Origin: Eledone cirrhosa
Taxonomy: Eukaryota
Direction: 5' to 3'
NCBI GenBank assembly: GCA_964016885.1
Contig: OZ024741.1
Location: 324,508,001-324,572,000, forward strand
Length of the DNA stretch: 64,000 nucleotides
The notes below the pieces were generated by a model that ran no database searches, was not told the DNA's origin, and worked only from the letters and a program-made list of their open reading frames with translations. Every line of letters begins with the position of its first letter. Position 1 is the first letter of the stretch. The position numbers and the translations under genes are program-made. Of the stretch, positions 15,246-29,731 are shown piece by piece.

Positions 15246-16276
15246 CGAGTTTATAATGCACACGTCTAATATCTTCTCGTTAATAACGTAGTGTTGTCAT
15301 AGAGAATTATTGTTCAACGTGTAAACTATCCCCATATTGATGATAATGAAGCACCGATATTACCTAGTACTATCTAAGATTACTTCTACAATGTGTATCC
15401 AGCTTCTAACAATGACGTGTCCCTTCCGCCCAAATAAAACAATTTAGTTACTGTTTGGCAAGCTGACACAACTAGTTTTGGATAATTCTTGTTCTAACCA
15501 CGCTCAGAAAATTATTTAGTTTGCATTATCCACTGCACAGACTACACTCACCCTCGCGAAACCACGTAACAGGCCATAGTACAATACGACCCTCTCTATA
15601 ACGTTAGATATTTCCACAACTCTCCTTCGCAGCAAAAGTGGCTATTTATTTGGTCTTGGGTGTTGTGCCAGCTTTGAATGTGGGAGTGAGACTTGTCTCC
15701 TGGTTAGATGGTCTAGCATGGGACCGTGCACGTTTAGATCCAGTAAAATTGGAAGCATGACTAGTCCAATATAAACAACACTAACATAGTGTTGTGCTTT
15801 AAAAGGTCCCCGCAAACTAGGTGGTTCCGGGTTCGATCTCGACCTCCTCATTGCGAGTCGCCTCGTACAATTGTTTTCTAACATATTGGATGTCCAACAC
15901 CTTGTAACTATAATTTAAATTCATAGTTAGAAATTGAGTACGGAGGTTTGCCGTATGTGAAGGCGCTTGGATGTATCTCCGTCTGTATCGACGATGAGTA
16001 TTCTAGTTGTTCGAATATCGGAACAGTCTAGCTCGTAAAATTAACTTGCAAGTAACTGAAAATTATACTGACACTTGTACTCTTAACCTAGTTCTTAGGG
16101 AGATTCAGAGTGACACACTGTCTGGCAAAGTTGGCCCTTTGAATTATAAGCTCCATGGACTGGAGCAACGTTAAATAAAGTGTCTTGTTCAAGGACAGAA
16201 TGTGTTACCGAGAATCGAAAATTCTAACCAATAAGCCACACGCCTTCACAATAATAACTATGCTATATAAATAAAG

Positions 16277-16322
16277 GGTGAAAGCAGCGATTCTTTGCTT
16301 AAACTTTAATCTGTTCTTATAA
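16277..16322 (+). mobile_element. 46-bp 3'-terminal fragment of PLE family A
   Basis: AGGGTGAAAGCAGCGATTCTTTGCTTAAACTTTAATCTGTT matches the reverse complement of 24171-24212 and is followed by (TA)n. Confidence 0.8.
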
Positions 16323-16363
16323 TATATATATGTATATATATACATATATAGAAAGAGAGAGAA

Positions 16364-16427
<64 letters not shown>

Positions 16428-17370
16428 CGAAGGAAGAGAGAGAGAAAGAAAAAACATATATATAGGTAGAGAGAGAGAGGGGGGAGACATATATAGGTAG
16501 GGAGAGATAGAGAGAAAAGAGAGTGATAGGGAGAGAGAGAAAAAAAAGAGAAATAGACAGGTAGAGATAAGAGATAAATACCTGTATAATATGCTAACAT
16601 AAATAATGCACATATGTCATGCAGCAGACAATATACTGCTTTGGTTCAATATTTTCTATTAAGCGTACCATATTCATCTTCATACGTTGAACACTTTCCA
16701 TTTCGTTTCCCTCCTTCTTATAATCAATAAAACAAGATATTTTAAAATTTCATATTAGCATTTTAAGTTCCTAAATGTGAGATGTTTCTATAAAACGAAA
16801 TATTTAATTGTAAGAAAAAAGAAAAGAAGAAGAAATGAAACTGATCAACAGATCGCAACAAGGAAACAATGTTTCCATTGGTCTCTGTATTGGTAGAAAA
16901 AGAAAAGCTGATTGTTAGCTCGGGCCAAAGAAACTGTTTCCATTAGTCTTTATATTGCTGATGTAGTTTGCCGGTCGCAACTCCTGGCAGAAAAAAGCGG
17001 AATTTGAACTCGATACAGAGCCCCATCAGATACTGCAAAGTATCCTGTCTGAGTCTCTAGTAATTCGTCTAGTGCATTATGCTGTGCAATGATACTTTAT
17101 TTTTCGAACCCGAAAGGATAGAATGTAAAGTTAACCATGGCGAGATTTGTATACATTATTTATCAAAGGGAATGGAAACGACCGACATCGGTTGTGGTAG
17201 GTAAAATACAAACTGAATTGAAATTTCCATGTTTAGAGACCAATGCTTCGTTTTCGTATTTGATTTTCCAGATCTTTTTGAAATGGTGTGTTGAAACATA
17301 TACTGTTACAATTTGGGAAACAGTTGATATTCACATTAGTATTTTAATTATTAACCAGGTGACTAGGATG

Positions 17371-18633
17371 GGGGATTGGCAGAATCTGTAGAGCGTCGAA
17401 CAATATGCTTTGTGGCATAAGTTACAGTCTGATTTCAAATCCCGCCCACGTTAACTTTGTCGTTCATCTTTATGGAGTCGATAAAATAAAGCACCAGTAC
17501 GGCACTGGGGTCGATTAATCGACTCTCCCCCTCTCCCCAAATTGCTGGCCTTGTGCCTATAATAGAAATGATTATTAATCGGTTAACTAGGTCGGGGGAT
17601 AGGCAGTATCAGTAGAGCGTCGGACAATATGCTTCTAAGTTCGAATTCCGCCGAGGATAGCTTTGCCTTTCATCCTTACGGGGTCGATAAAATAAAATAC
17701 TAGTAATGCACATTGGTCAATTAATCGACTTTTATTACTCAAGTAACTAACTCGTTAATGGGTTAGTTCAACAATTAAACAGCTATTTACCTAATTTTCA
17801 AAGCTCTTTTCTGACCTTCTCAATGACGTCCCACTCCCTACGTCTTCTCTTCGTCTTTACTTCGCCCCTACTCGGGATACTTCATCTTTTTAATGAATGG
17901 ATTAGCGACCTAATAACAAAGCAGAAGTGAAACTCAATTGGTGGGCGTACTTCTGTTGGCAGAATGATAACGTCATACCCAAACTATAACAAATACTAAC
18001 AGTTGGTTTATTTCTATTGGTAATTAATACGGTGACATTTTCAATGGTTAAGATGTACAAATTCAATGGTAGAATTGTAAAACCGATAGAATTGAAACAA
18101 CAACACAAATAAAACAACTATATCATAATATTTATTCTATCTTATTAACGTTGTATATTCCTAATGAAGATTTTCCAGCCATTTCATAGCATATAATAAT
18201 CATTTCTACTATAGGCACAGGGCCAGAAATTTGGAGGAGGGGAAATCGATTAAATCGATCCCAGTGCATTAATGGTGCTTTATTTTATCGACACCGTAAG
18301 AATGAAAGGCAAAGGTAAAGTTGGCGAGATTTAATCTCAGAATGTAAAGGGACGTAACTATATGCTGCAAAGCACGTTGACCAGCGCTTACTTCCAGTCC
18401 ACCGCTCTTGTAATAATTGTTTCTACTACAGGCGAAAGGCCAACAATTTGAAGGGGAGCAGAAAGTCGATCAAATCGATTCCAGTGCATGACTGGTACTG
18501 TATTTTATCGACCACGTAAAGATGCAAGGCAAAGCTAACCTCGGCGGGATCTGAACTCAGGGCGTAAAGGCCCATAACTCTTGGCTGCACAGCATATTGT
18601 CTGACGCTCTACCGATACTGCCAATCAACCACC
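17371..18633. mobile_element. Four copies of the abundant tRNA-derived SINE (17371-17575 +, 17594-17730 +, 18203-18405 -, 18415-18633 -)
   Basis: Share the A box TGGCAGTATC, the B box GTTCRAAT and the central CTTTGCCTTTCATCCTTACGGGGTCGATAAAATAAAGTACCAG. Confidence 0.85.
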
Positions 18634-18888
18634 CTACATCGCTCTTACAATAATACTATTTATTTAATCAGATGATACCGTGTGACAACCTTTCTATAAT
18701 CATATCGTGTCACGTAATAACTTTTTTTTATAATCGCATGAGTCGATGTAATAATTTTTGTTTAATATGCATTTCTAGCCATGCATTAGCATAGCAATTT
18801 TATATCGCGAAATATTTAGAAATAATTCGGTAAGAAATTTGATAAGAAAGTAAAATTATGGAAATAGTCTCTATATATATATATATAT

Positions 18889-18978
<90 letters not shown>

Positions 18979-19010
18979 AAGAGATTCATTATTATTATTA
19001 ACATTATTAA

Positions 19011-19056
<46 letters not shown>

Positions 19057-19488
19057 GCCATGATTCGACGTAGTTATGTTATTTCAGTGATGCATTAAAA
19101 AAACTCAAATAGAAAATTTCTAGTAAAAAGTAAGAATTACTGAGGAAAAAAATTGAAAAATAAAACAGAACGAACTAGAAAATGTCGCTGCAATGTTCAA
19201 TCAATATGAAATAAACAACAGATTAAGAATCAAGATTTGAAAATTGGTAATGCTCTGAAGAATTATGTGAAAGTAACGTCAAAGACGACATTACCTCATA
19301 CAGTGTGTTACTTAGTACACAACTCACAAACTTAAAAGCTGAACTAGTTGCAATGCCTCAGTTGACAAAAAATTGCTACCGCATTACGTGTTTTGTAAAA
19401 AGTATCGTTAAAGTAAATACATTTTAGTGAAGAAGATATATATATAAATGATATTAATAAATGGAAACTATATTTATAAAACCATATT

Positions 19489-19549
19489 TATTCGATTATT
19501 TATATTTCAAGGGTACCAAAACTTTGGTACGCTCTCATCAGATAAAATA
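19489..19549 (-). ncRNA. Hammerhead ribozyme, left-arm copy with mutated stems I and III
   Basis: Same core and stem II as 19694-19754. Confidence 0.7.
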
Positions 19550-19693
19550 GAAAATTTGTTTTATAAATAGTGACATACACAGGAATCAGACTTTAAAAGT
19601 ACAGGTACTATTTGGATATCTAACTATCCAAACAGTACCTGAACTGTTAGGGTCTGATTCCTGGGTATGTCACTATTTATAAAACAAATGTTC

Positions 19694-19754
19694 TATTTTA
19701 TCTGATGAGAGCGTACCAAAGTTTTGGTACCCTTGAAATATATATAATAAAATA
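19694..19754 (+). ncRNA. Type-I hammerhead ribozyme
   Basis: TATTTTAT-CTGATGA-GAGCGTACCAA(AGTT)TTGGTACCCTT-GAA-ATATATAT-A-ATAAAATA; 8-bp stem I. Confidence 0.9.
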
Positions 19755-19795
19755 AATATTGTTTTATAAATACAGTTTCCATTTATTAATATCAT

Positions 19796-19922
<127 letters not shown>

Positions 19923-22460
19923 CTTGTATTCGCAAAGAAAGAAGAGACGCATGTGTATACATTAACAAACATTCGTATATATCCACACTCACAAGCATAT
20001 GTACATTATTATTATTATTATTGACTGCCCGACAGTGAAGACGTGTTTCCTTTTTTAGCTCAGCAAGGTAGTGGATTTTCAAGTTTCGTTTCAATTGTAT
20101 TAGACGGGTTTTTTCTTTTGATTATCTTTTGCGAAGGGTCGTAAGACTTTCGTCTTTGCATTGTGAAGGGGAGACTTTATAATATTTCACCCTTTTGGCC
20201 CACATATTAAACTTTGTACGTGTTTTTGCTTGTCTTAAAAAAAATGGATGGAACATGCCCCAACACTAAGTCTGCTGTCTCAATTTAGTGACACGAAAGT
20301 TGAGCGGAAGGACACACCAACAAGCACAATTATGGACCAACAAAAATTAATTACAAACACAACATGCAACAATGAATTTAGAAATACTACCACCAACATG
20401 ATCAACGACAGTACCAACAGCAACGATGAAACAGGTGAAGGAAACAATAAACAAATCCAAGAGAAACAACGTAATTAACAACAGCTGCACCAAGAACAAC
20501 ACCAACACCAACTTTAACAGCCACAGCAACCACACCAACAAAAAGAAGACATAGAATACAAAGCAAGAGCCAGAGAATTCGGGACCATTTCGGTGTTGTT
20601 GAAAACCAAGGCCCTTGCTATTAAACACTCGGAGACCCCATGTAGAACCGACAGCATAGTAATGTACCCATCCCACTGGGGCAAAAGCACTGTAAAGGTC
20701 TGCATTCCCAGGATCCCAACAGGACTGAACCTATGATGGCTACTGGGGGGTGATCGAGGAGGGTGCCGATGAAACCCTCATAGACGTAAAAAGAATGTCT
20801 AGAGAGGACTGGTCCGAGATGGATTTAAAACACGATCGTAAGGTTATGAGTTCGATTCTTCGAGCTACATTGTCTCTACGAGAAAGACATTTTATTTTAG
20901 TTCGTTCCAGTCCACCCATCTGGCAAAACCGATTTATATCTGTAATTCAAAGACACAGCGCTGTCACACAGCGTGTCACGCTGTCACACAGCGTGTCACG
21001 CTGTCACACAGCGTGTCACGCTGTATCTTCCTGAGAACTGCGTTAAGGGTACACATATACCTGGAATGCTCATCTACTTACATATTAAATTCACAAGCAA
21101 ACACCCTTTGATCGAAAAGTGGAACGCTCATCGCCGATACCGATGGAAATTCATCAATTGATCGTTATGATGTCATAGATATAATGTCATGTTGATGTTA
21201 GTTATAGTGTAATTGGGCAGTAGTCATTGGCATAGTCATTAGAACGTCAGATAGAATCACTTGCAGTATTCCTTCCAGCTTTCTGCACTCCGCTTAGGTC
21301 AACTTTGCCTTTCATCCTATCAAGGGCGCTAAAAAAATTTACCAGTTCAATATTGGCGTTGTTTCTTCCTTTATATCTATTTCGCCCTTTTCTCTATCAT
21401 TTTCTCTCTCTCTATCTCTATCTCTCTCTCTCTCTCTTTCTCTTTCGTTCTCCGTTTCATCAGGGCATGGCAGAAACTAAGATTATCTCCCTGGATCACC
21501 TCATCACGTCTGCTAGCAATGGTACAAGATTAAGAGCTGAAAGATGATCTCAGGAAGCTGTTGAAGTTCCCGGTATCTATCAGCTCAACACTGCTGAGGT
21601 CAGATATGTTGCTGATTTCAGAAGTTTCCAGGCAGGATATTCTGTGTGGAATCTCCATTCTCTGGAAGGACCACACTGAGGAGACTGTTGAGAAGAAGAA
21701 GATGAATTATGCACAGCTAGTGTATATATGTCAAAACAACGAGTGGCGAGTGAAATGAGAATGTATTGAGGTAGGTTGAAGAGCGTTTGAAGTCCAGCCA
21801 CCCAGAAGATCTTATAAATTGCTGTACATCGCAAGAGCCTGTAAATGAAGGCCCATCAAATGAGGCACTAAGTTAACTCTTGGAAGTGGGTGATCTATGA
21901 GCAGAGCCTACATATTGCTGTGCATCAGCAGCAGGGACAGTTAATATCTAAGTTAGCTCTGAAAGCGGTAGTCTGAAAACCTTTGAGGAAATTCTGTCCA
22001 AGACTTAGAAAACACATGCCAGAAATGACAAACAGTGGGATTAAATTCGAAATTACATAAGCTTTCTGAAGACAACCAAATAACCACATGCCCACTTACA
22101 AGCCTGCAGTTTCATCACCACTGTCTATTTTCTATTTTCTCATTAAAATCTGGCTTTGAGTGTTTGTGTGTTGCTAAGTTCAAGAACAGCATGTCAATGA
22201 TCCTAGCACTGATGTCAATTTAACCAAATACTTCAGGTACAGAACATCAAGAATATATGTACAGAAAGAAAGTGTGAAAGGGAAAGAGCGTAAGAAAGAA
22301 TTCTGCAAAAACACAAACTCACACATATGTATATATGTGAAGGATTCTAAAGTTGTACTTGCGCTCATGTATGTATGCATTTAGATATATAGCTATGGAT
22401 ATCCCTTTATATATGGTACGTAAACATGTTATAATTTATATATATTTAATATAGAAAAGC

Positions 22461-22507
22461 CTTCTACACGACTAGAACTGTTTCATTCGGGAGGAATCAT
22501 CAGGAAG
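22461..22507 (-). ncRNA. Type-I hammerhead ribozyme motif in an orphan pLTR fragment
   Basis: CTTC-CTGATGA-TTC(CTCCC)GAA-T-GAA-ACA(GTTCTAGTCG)TGT-A-GAAG; GUA cleavage triplet. Confidence 0.6.
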
Positions 22508-22686
22508 CCGACTGTCCAAGTAATATGGTGGTATTTATATATTTTCTGGTGGTAGGAGAGGGTGGTGATTGGGATGGGTGGAGGTCATTTGTTGATGGGT
22601 TTATATATATTTTATATATATATTATCTTTATCGAGCCCTCTTCAGATTTTAGTCTTCACATTTATTATTACTACCATATATATAT

Positions 22687-22736
<50 letters not shown>

Positions 22737-22739
<3 letters not shown>

Positions 22740-24117
22740 CGGAACAGGGAAGGATCCACTGCAACTTCTACCGAAAGGCAGCCTACAGGGACCTGTTCGT
22801 TCACTACAAGTCCGCCCTCCCTAACAGTGCCAAAAGAGGATACATCACGAACGAGATCGCGCGAATCAAAAACAGATGCAGCGATCCCGCGAGTGGTGTC
22901 ACTCATACCAAGCGATTCCTCGAAGTGCTGGAGACGAACGGGTACCCTACCTCGATCACAGACAGAATAGGAGACACCAGACACAAGAGACAGAGAGGCA
23001 CCCAAGGCAAGTGCTTCCTTAAAATTCCACATCTGGGCGAGAATACCACCAACGCTATCCGCAAGGCTATACGGAGGGAGGGCCTCGACATCCACCTGGC
23101 CCACTCGGGCCCCTCCCTGCAAAGATGCCTCTCCAAGAAACCCGGGAAATCTACTGACGCGTGCTCCCTCAGAGACTGCCCGATACGCCATGCGAACTGT
23201 TGCCTACGCACATACGTCGTGTATAAGATAGAATGTGACAGGTGCAACCAATACTACATAGGTAACACAATCCGACCTTTGCACATCCGGATCAAGGAAC
23301 ACACTAAAACCAGGGCCTCGTCTTTCCGGAAACACATAGACAAATGCGGAAACAAAGACGGAAGGCCCATTGTCACAATTCTAGCGACTGAAAGAAACGT
23401 CGGCACGTTACGTATCAAGGGAGCACTTTTTATCAAACGCCTGCAACCGCAAATAAACAACCGATTAGAGAGAAGCGAAATGAGATGGCTGGTTTAAGTT
23501 AACAAACGATGTAGCAACACACAACACACGCACACACAAACGAGACAACTACACACACACACAGTAGCATTCCACCATACGAACATACTACACTGCCAAT
23601 ACAGAGGAACAAGGCAACTACACACGCATACACACACACACTCAAGCGAGACAACAACACACGCACACACACACACAGTAACATTTAACAAACAGGCAAA
23701 GAATGGACTGACAGCTAGCGCCACCCCACTCCCTCATTCGGCCGCTGACCTCTGCCCGACCGACCCCATTTCACGCGCACGCGCGCTCTGCCGAATACCT
23801 CAGATATTCAAAACAAACAGCGGAGGACGCGTTTCGCACCTGTCCGACAGACAACCTTTACCCCGGAAAAAACCCCCAATTGATGGATGTGAATCCGAAA
23901 TATATAGGGACTATTAAATCTCTCCCAAGGTAACTCTCTCTTGTGTTGTTATTTTTATTTTATCCTTTATACTCTTCCCTTCTTTCTTCTACACATTTAC
24001 ACATCTTTACACACCACGCATCTCAACGTACACCCACTTACATCTCTCTCTCCACCACCGGATCTTGTTCCCCGGAGATTTACCCATTTGCATTGTCGAG
24101 GCTTCCAAACGACTTAA

Positions 24118-24119
<2 letters not shown>
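22737..24119 (+). mobile_element. 5'-truncated Penelope-like element (family B relative): RT thumb + GIY-YIG endonuclease (open to 23497) and 3' pLTR
   Basis: FYRKAAYRDLFVHY, VVYKIECDRC..YYIG and RIKEH..FRKH; (TA)n on both sides; degenerate HHR at ~23873-23909. Confidence 0.9.
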
Positions 24120-24162
<43 letters not shown>

Positions 24163-24170
<8 letters not shown>

Positions 24171-25632
24171 TAACAGATTAAAGTTTAAGCAAAGAATCGC
24201 TGCTTTCACCCTTAACAGGATCTTCTGAAACTAACAAAGTCAATCTGTAAACGCAGAACTGGATATTTCAAAAAACGTTGCAACCGGAGGAAGACAGGAA
24301 GACGATACTTTGGTTCGTGGAAACGTTCGCTGGCAAAGAACGGGAAAAAACGAATAATACGTCATTAATAGGAGCGGTGAAAACCAATTACGCGCAAAGA
24401 CAGAACCACGCTTATTGTATAAAAGAGGTCGTAGACTAAAATTCTAACTCGGAGACCAAATGAATCTCCGCTACAGAGTTAAGAACAAAGTAAATAAATA
24501 CAATACAGAAGTAATAGAAAGAAAGAAATACATACACGCAAACAAATACGTACATACACAAGCATACGCAAAACCTTACCATAGGTATACAAAACCACGC
24601 ACATATAAATATGTGTGTGTATGCTTGTGTACAAATAAATAAATAATTATATAAACGTATATAAGTAAATAAATACGTATATAACAAGCGCACACACATA
24701 CCTACATATAAATACACGAATGTTCGGAGACGTAAGTCAACTAAAACAAGAAGTACACATATACACACACCCACCATACGTACGAACCTGCATACTTACG
24801 CAGACGCAAAACTCCCGTATACACATAGCCAAACCCTAAATACCAGAATATATAAAAATGATATGCCATAACAATCAAATATACGTACGAGAAGGTATAC
24901 ATACCTTCACAAAACATACGGGTAATATATACTTACCTATGCAAATAAGTAAAGGAATAAACAAAATATATACTTAGCTCCCACATCAAGACGTAAAATA
25001 TCCACGTATAGATCGTACTATCCGTTAGGGTATAACATGGGGCTGTAATACAGGAATGTTTTGTGCAATTTATGTTTACAAGCCGAAATTGCCTCAGATT
25101 TTTTGTTTAAGGTGTGGTCTGTGGCGTAGAGTATTTCCAGGGCCTCAGCGGCGCAGAGGTCACATTGTCTTTTATTTCCGTTATACGATCGAGCCCTAGC
25201 TAGGATCTCCCAGTGTAACTTATATTGGGTCTGGTTGTCTTTTAGACTCCAGATATAAGCTGAAAGTGACGTCATATTCCTTCTTAGAGGGTAACGAAAA
25301 GAATGGGTATGCATGTAAAGACGCTGCTTGAAACTATTGGCGGTTAACCCTATGTAGGCCCTACGGGACGTGGGTGTTACAACCTTACATTTGTAGACAA
25401 TGTTACTAGAGAGGCATTTCCCAGATAGGGGGCAATCAGCCCGATTCCTACAATTACAGTTAGTACTAACTACAGGGTTGCACGTGTTCCTACCGCTAGG
25501 TAGTTTAGCTAAATTTGAAGCTGTGATGTTATGTGCAAGGTTAGGAGTCGTCGAGTAAGAAATTTTAATAGTATTTCTTTTAAAAATTTTACTATATTTA
25601 TGTGTAGTGGGAAAATGCTTCGTAATAAGGGA
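24163..25632 (-). mobile_element. 5'-truncated Penelope-like element, family A (GIY-YIG + 3' UTR/pLTR)
   Basis: CNCRNRADCPLSGKC, IVY..YIG and FKQR; stop at 25018; homologous to 29695-31272. Confidence 0.92.
24182..24232 (-). ncRNA. Family A hammerhead variant with core CAGAAGA; further copies at 29715-29765 and 32911-32961
   Basis: AGTTT-CAGAAGA-T-CCT(GTTAA)GGG-T-GAA-AGCAG(CGATTCT)TTGCT-T-AAACT. Confidence 0.7.
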
Positions 25633-25859
25633 ATATATATATATCTTTGTCTTAGATTCTTCCGCGCCGATCGGCGCATCGAGCAGTAAATACTCGCCAA
25701 CGGTCACGATCAGCGGCAACGTTTTCGAGACCGTGCAGGTGATGTTGGCTGCCATTAGGTCCTTCCGGAACGTTCGTCGCCAGGTGATCCTTGGGCAACC
25801 CCGCCTCTGTGTTTATTTCCTAATTCCTCTTGTCAAGAAACTTCTTATATATATAAAGA

Positions 25860-25899
<40 letters not shown>

Positions 25900-25905
25900 T
25901 CTCTC

Positions 25906-25948
<43 letters not shown>

Positions 25949-26212
25949 CTATCTCTATCTATCTATCTCTCTCTCTCTCCCTCTCACTCTCTAACTCTCT
26001 CTCTGTATATGTTTATATGTCTGTATATGTATATAAATGCGCAGTGAATTTAAATTTGAATCGTACATGTTCATACAAAACTCTATATAGACCTACATGC
26101 ACCCACTAACATACACACGTAAACACACACACACGCGCGGACACATTCACTCATACACATACACTCAGACACACATACATAGTGTGTACATATACACACT
26201 GTCACACACACA

Positions 26213-27660
<1,448 letters not shown>

Positions 27661-28106
27661 TCTATCATCCATTCCACCCCAACCCCCACTACACTCCAAA
27701 CACCCTTACCCTCAACATCCCCCAACCCTGCATGGTCTCTATCCCCACTCCACTCCAAACACCCTTCCACTCAACATCTCCCACACTACATCTTCTCTAT
27801 CATCCACTCCAGCCTCCATTCCACTCCAACCACACTTCCACTCAAAATTCCCCACCCTACATATTCTCTATGATCCACCCCACTCAACACCGCCACCCTA
27901 CCCCGAGACTACTACACCACTTTCTCGCTAACTAATTTCACTCAATTCTCACTTCCTAACTTTATCGCCCCCCCCCCCCCCTCCCGCCCCACTACTAACC
28001 AGTACATTGCTTATCGTAATAAATGGATACTTAAGTACGATCAGCAAACTACAACTATCAACTCGGTGTATATCGCCTTTCCTTCCCCTTCTCTTAACTT
28101 TTTTCT

Positions 28107-28200
<94 letters not shown>

Positions 28201-28413
28201 ACTCTCTGTCTATCTCCTTCCTTCCCTACATCTATTAACCTGCTCTCTGTGGCAGTAAATAATTCCAAACTTGATAACATCAACACAATGCTTAAGTTGT
28301 CACTTTGAGAGTAAGCAGTATATTAAAACGACTTGTTGAACCCCTATCACTACATTTAGATTAAGCTATCTGTATTCTTCGAACCACTCTCTCCTATTTC
28401 TTCTACCCCTAGA

Positions 28414-28572
<159 letters not shown>

Positions 28573-29039
28573 TTCTTTCTTTCTTTTCTACTCTATCTTC
28601 CCCAATTATTCTCTTTAAGAAATATTAAGTAACTATGATCCAGCCATATTAGTTCTGAAGAATTGGTGGTACGAAAAGCATTTGAAAATTGAGTATCTGC
28701 TAATTAATAACTACCAATTTGCATATGGCATGACTAGGCTTTGTAACTACTAAGGAAACATTTGTAAATACTTGGAATAAATTACCTTTTTATGATGTCT
28801 ACCTGTTTTATTAATCATTCTTTATCTACACTCCGGACTATAAAAGAATCGGAAACCAAGTTTCTTTAACTCTTCTTTTGTAACTCGTTGAGTAACCCCT
28901 CACCGTACGTCGACTCTATCTAGTGTAGTAATTAACCATTACTGCATTCATGATAATCCTAAGGATTTCTTGCATAACTTAATATGTATATATATATAAA
29001 TTCATAGGGATATATGTATATTTTGAGATATATAAAGTA

Positions 29040-29067
29040 GATTCTTTGCTTAAACTTTAATCTGTTA

Positions 29068-29149
<82 letters not shown>

Positions 29150-29330
29150 TACACACACGCGAAAAACCACAGACCGTCAATCTCAACTCTACTTTTGAAA
29201 AGCAGAAGAACTGCGAAACCGGTAAAGGAACCAAATAAATATATATATTTTTTTTAAATAAGACTCCAGTTGCATTATCGATTCCATCATTTTTCCTTAT
29301 ATATATATATATATATAAAATATCCACATA

Positions 29331-29396
<66 letters not shown>

Positions 29397-29462
29397 GTGT
29401 GTGTGTATATATGTATATATATAGATATAGATATATATATACATATATACACACACACGTTT

Positions 29463-29494
<32 letters not shown>

Positions 29495-29731
29495 TATGTG
29501 GATATCTTATATATATATATATATATATAAGGAAAAATGATGGAATCGATAATGCAACTGGAGTCTTATTTAAAAAAAATATATATATTTATTTGGTTCC
29601 TTTACCGGTTTCGCAGTTCTTCTGCTTTTCAAAAGTAGAGTTGAGATTGACGGTCTGTGGTTTTTCGCGTGTGTGTATATATGTATATATATATATATTA
29701 AAATAACAGATTAAAGTTTAAGCAAAGAATC
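29040..29731. repeat. ~690-bp palindrome centred near 29427
   Basis: 29143-29338 is mirrored at 29489-29684; the outer 33 bp are the 3' end of PLE family A. Confidence 0.9.

Noticed and set aside
20953-21024. 20-bp tandem palindromic repeat (ACACAGCGTGTCACGCTGTC) x3
   Set aside because: Local slippage expansion inside an old SINE
21460-22200. Higher-complexity segment, possibly a decayed retroelement or exon
   Set aside because: No motif could be recognised with confidence
25633-25755. N-terminus of the 245-aa ORF (25018-25755)
   Set aside because: Chance read-through from unrelated flank across (TA)n into a truncated PLE
28650-28695. CTGAAGA...GAAA hammerhead-like motif
   Set aside because: Stem II barely pairs and the cleavage position is G; at best a decayed HHR
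29198-29232. CAGAAGA-ACTG(CGAAAC)CGGT-AAAG motif in the palindrome arms
   Set aside because: Lacks GAAA and credible stems I and III
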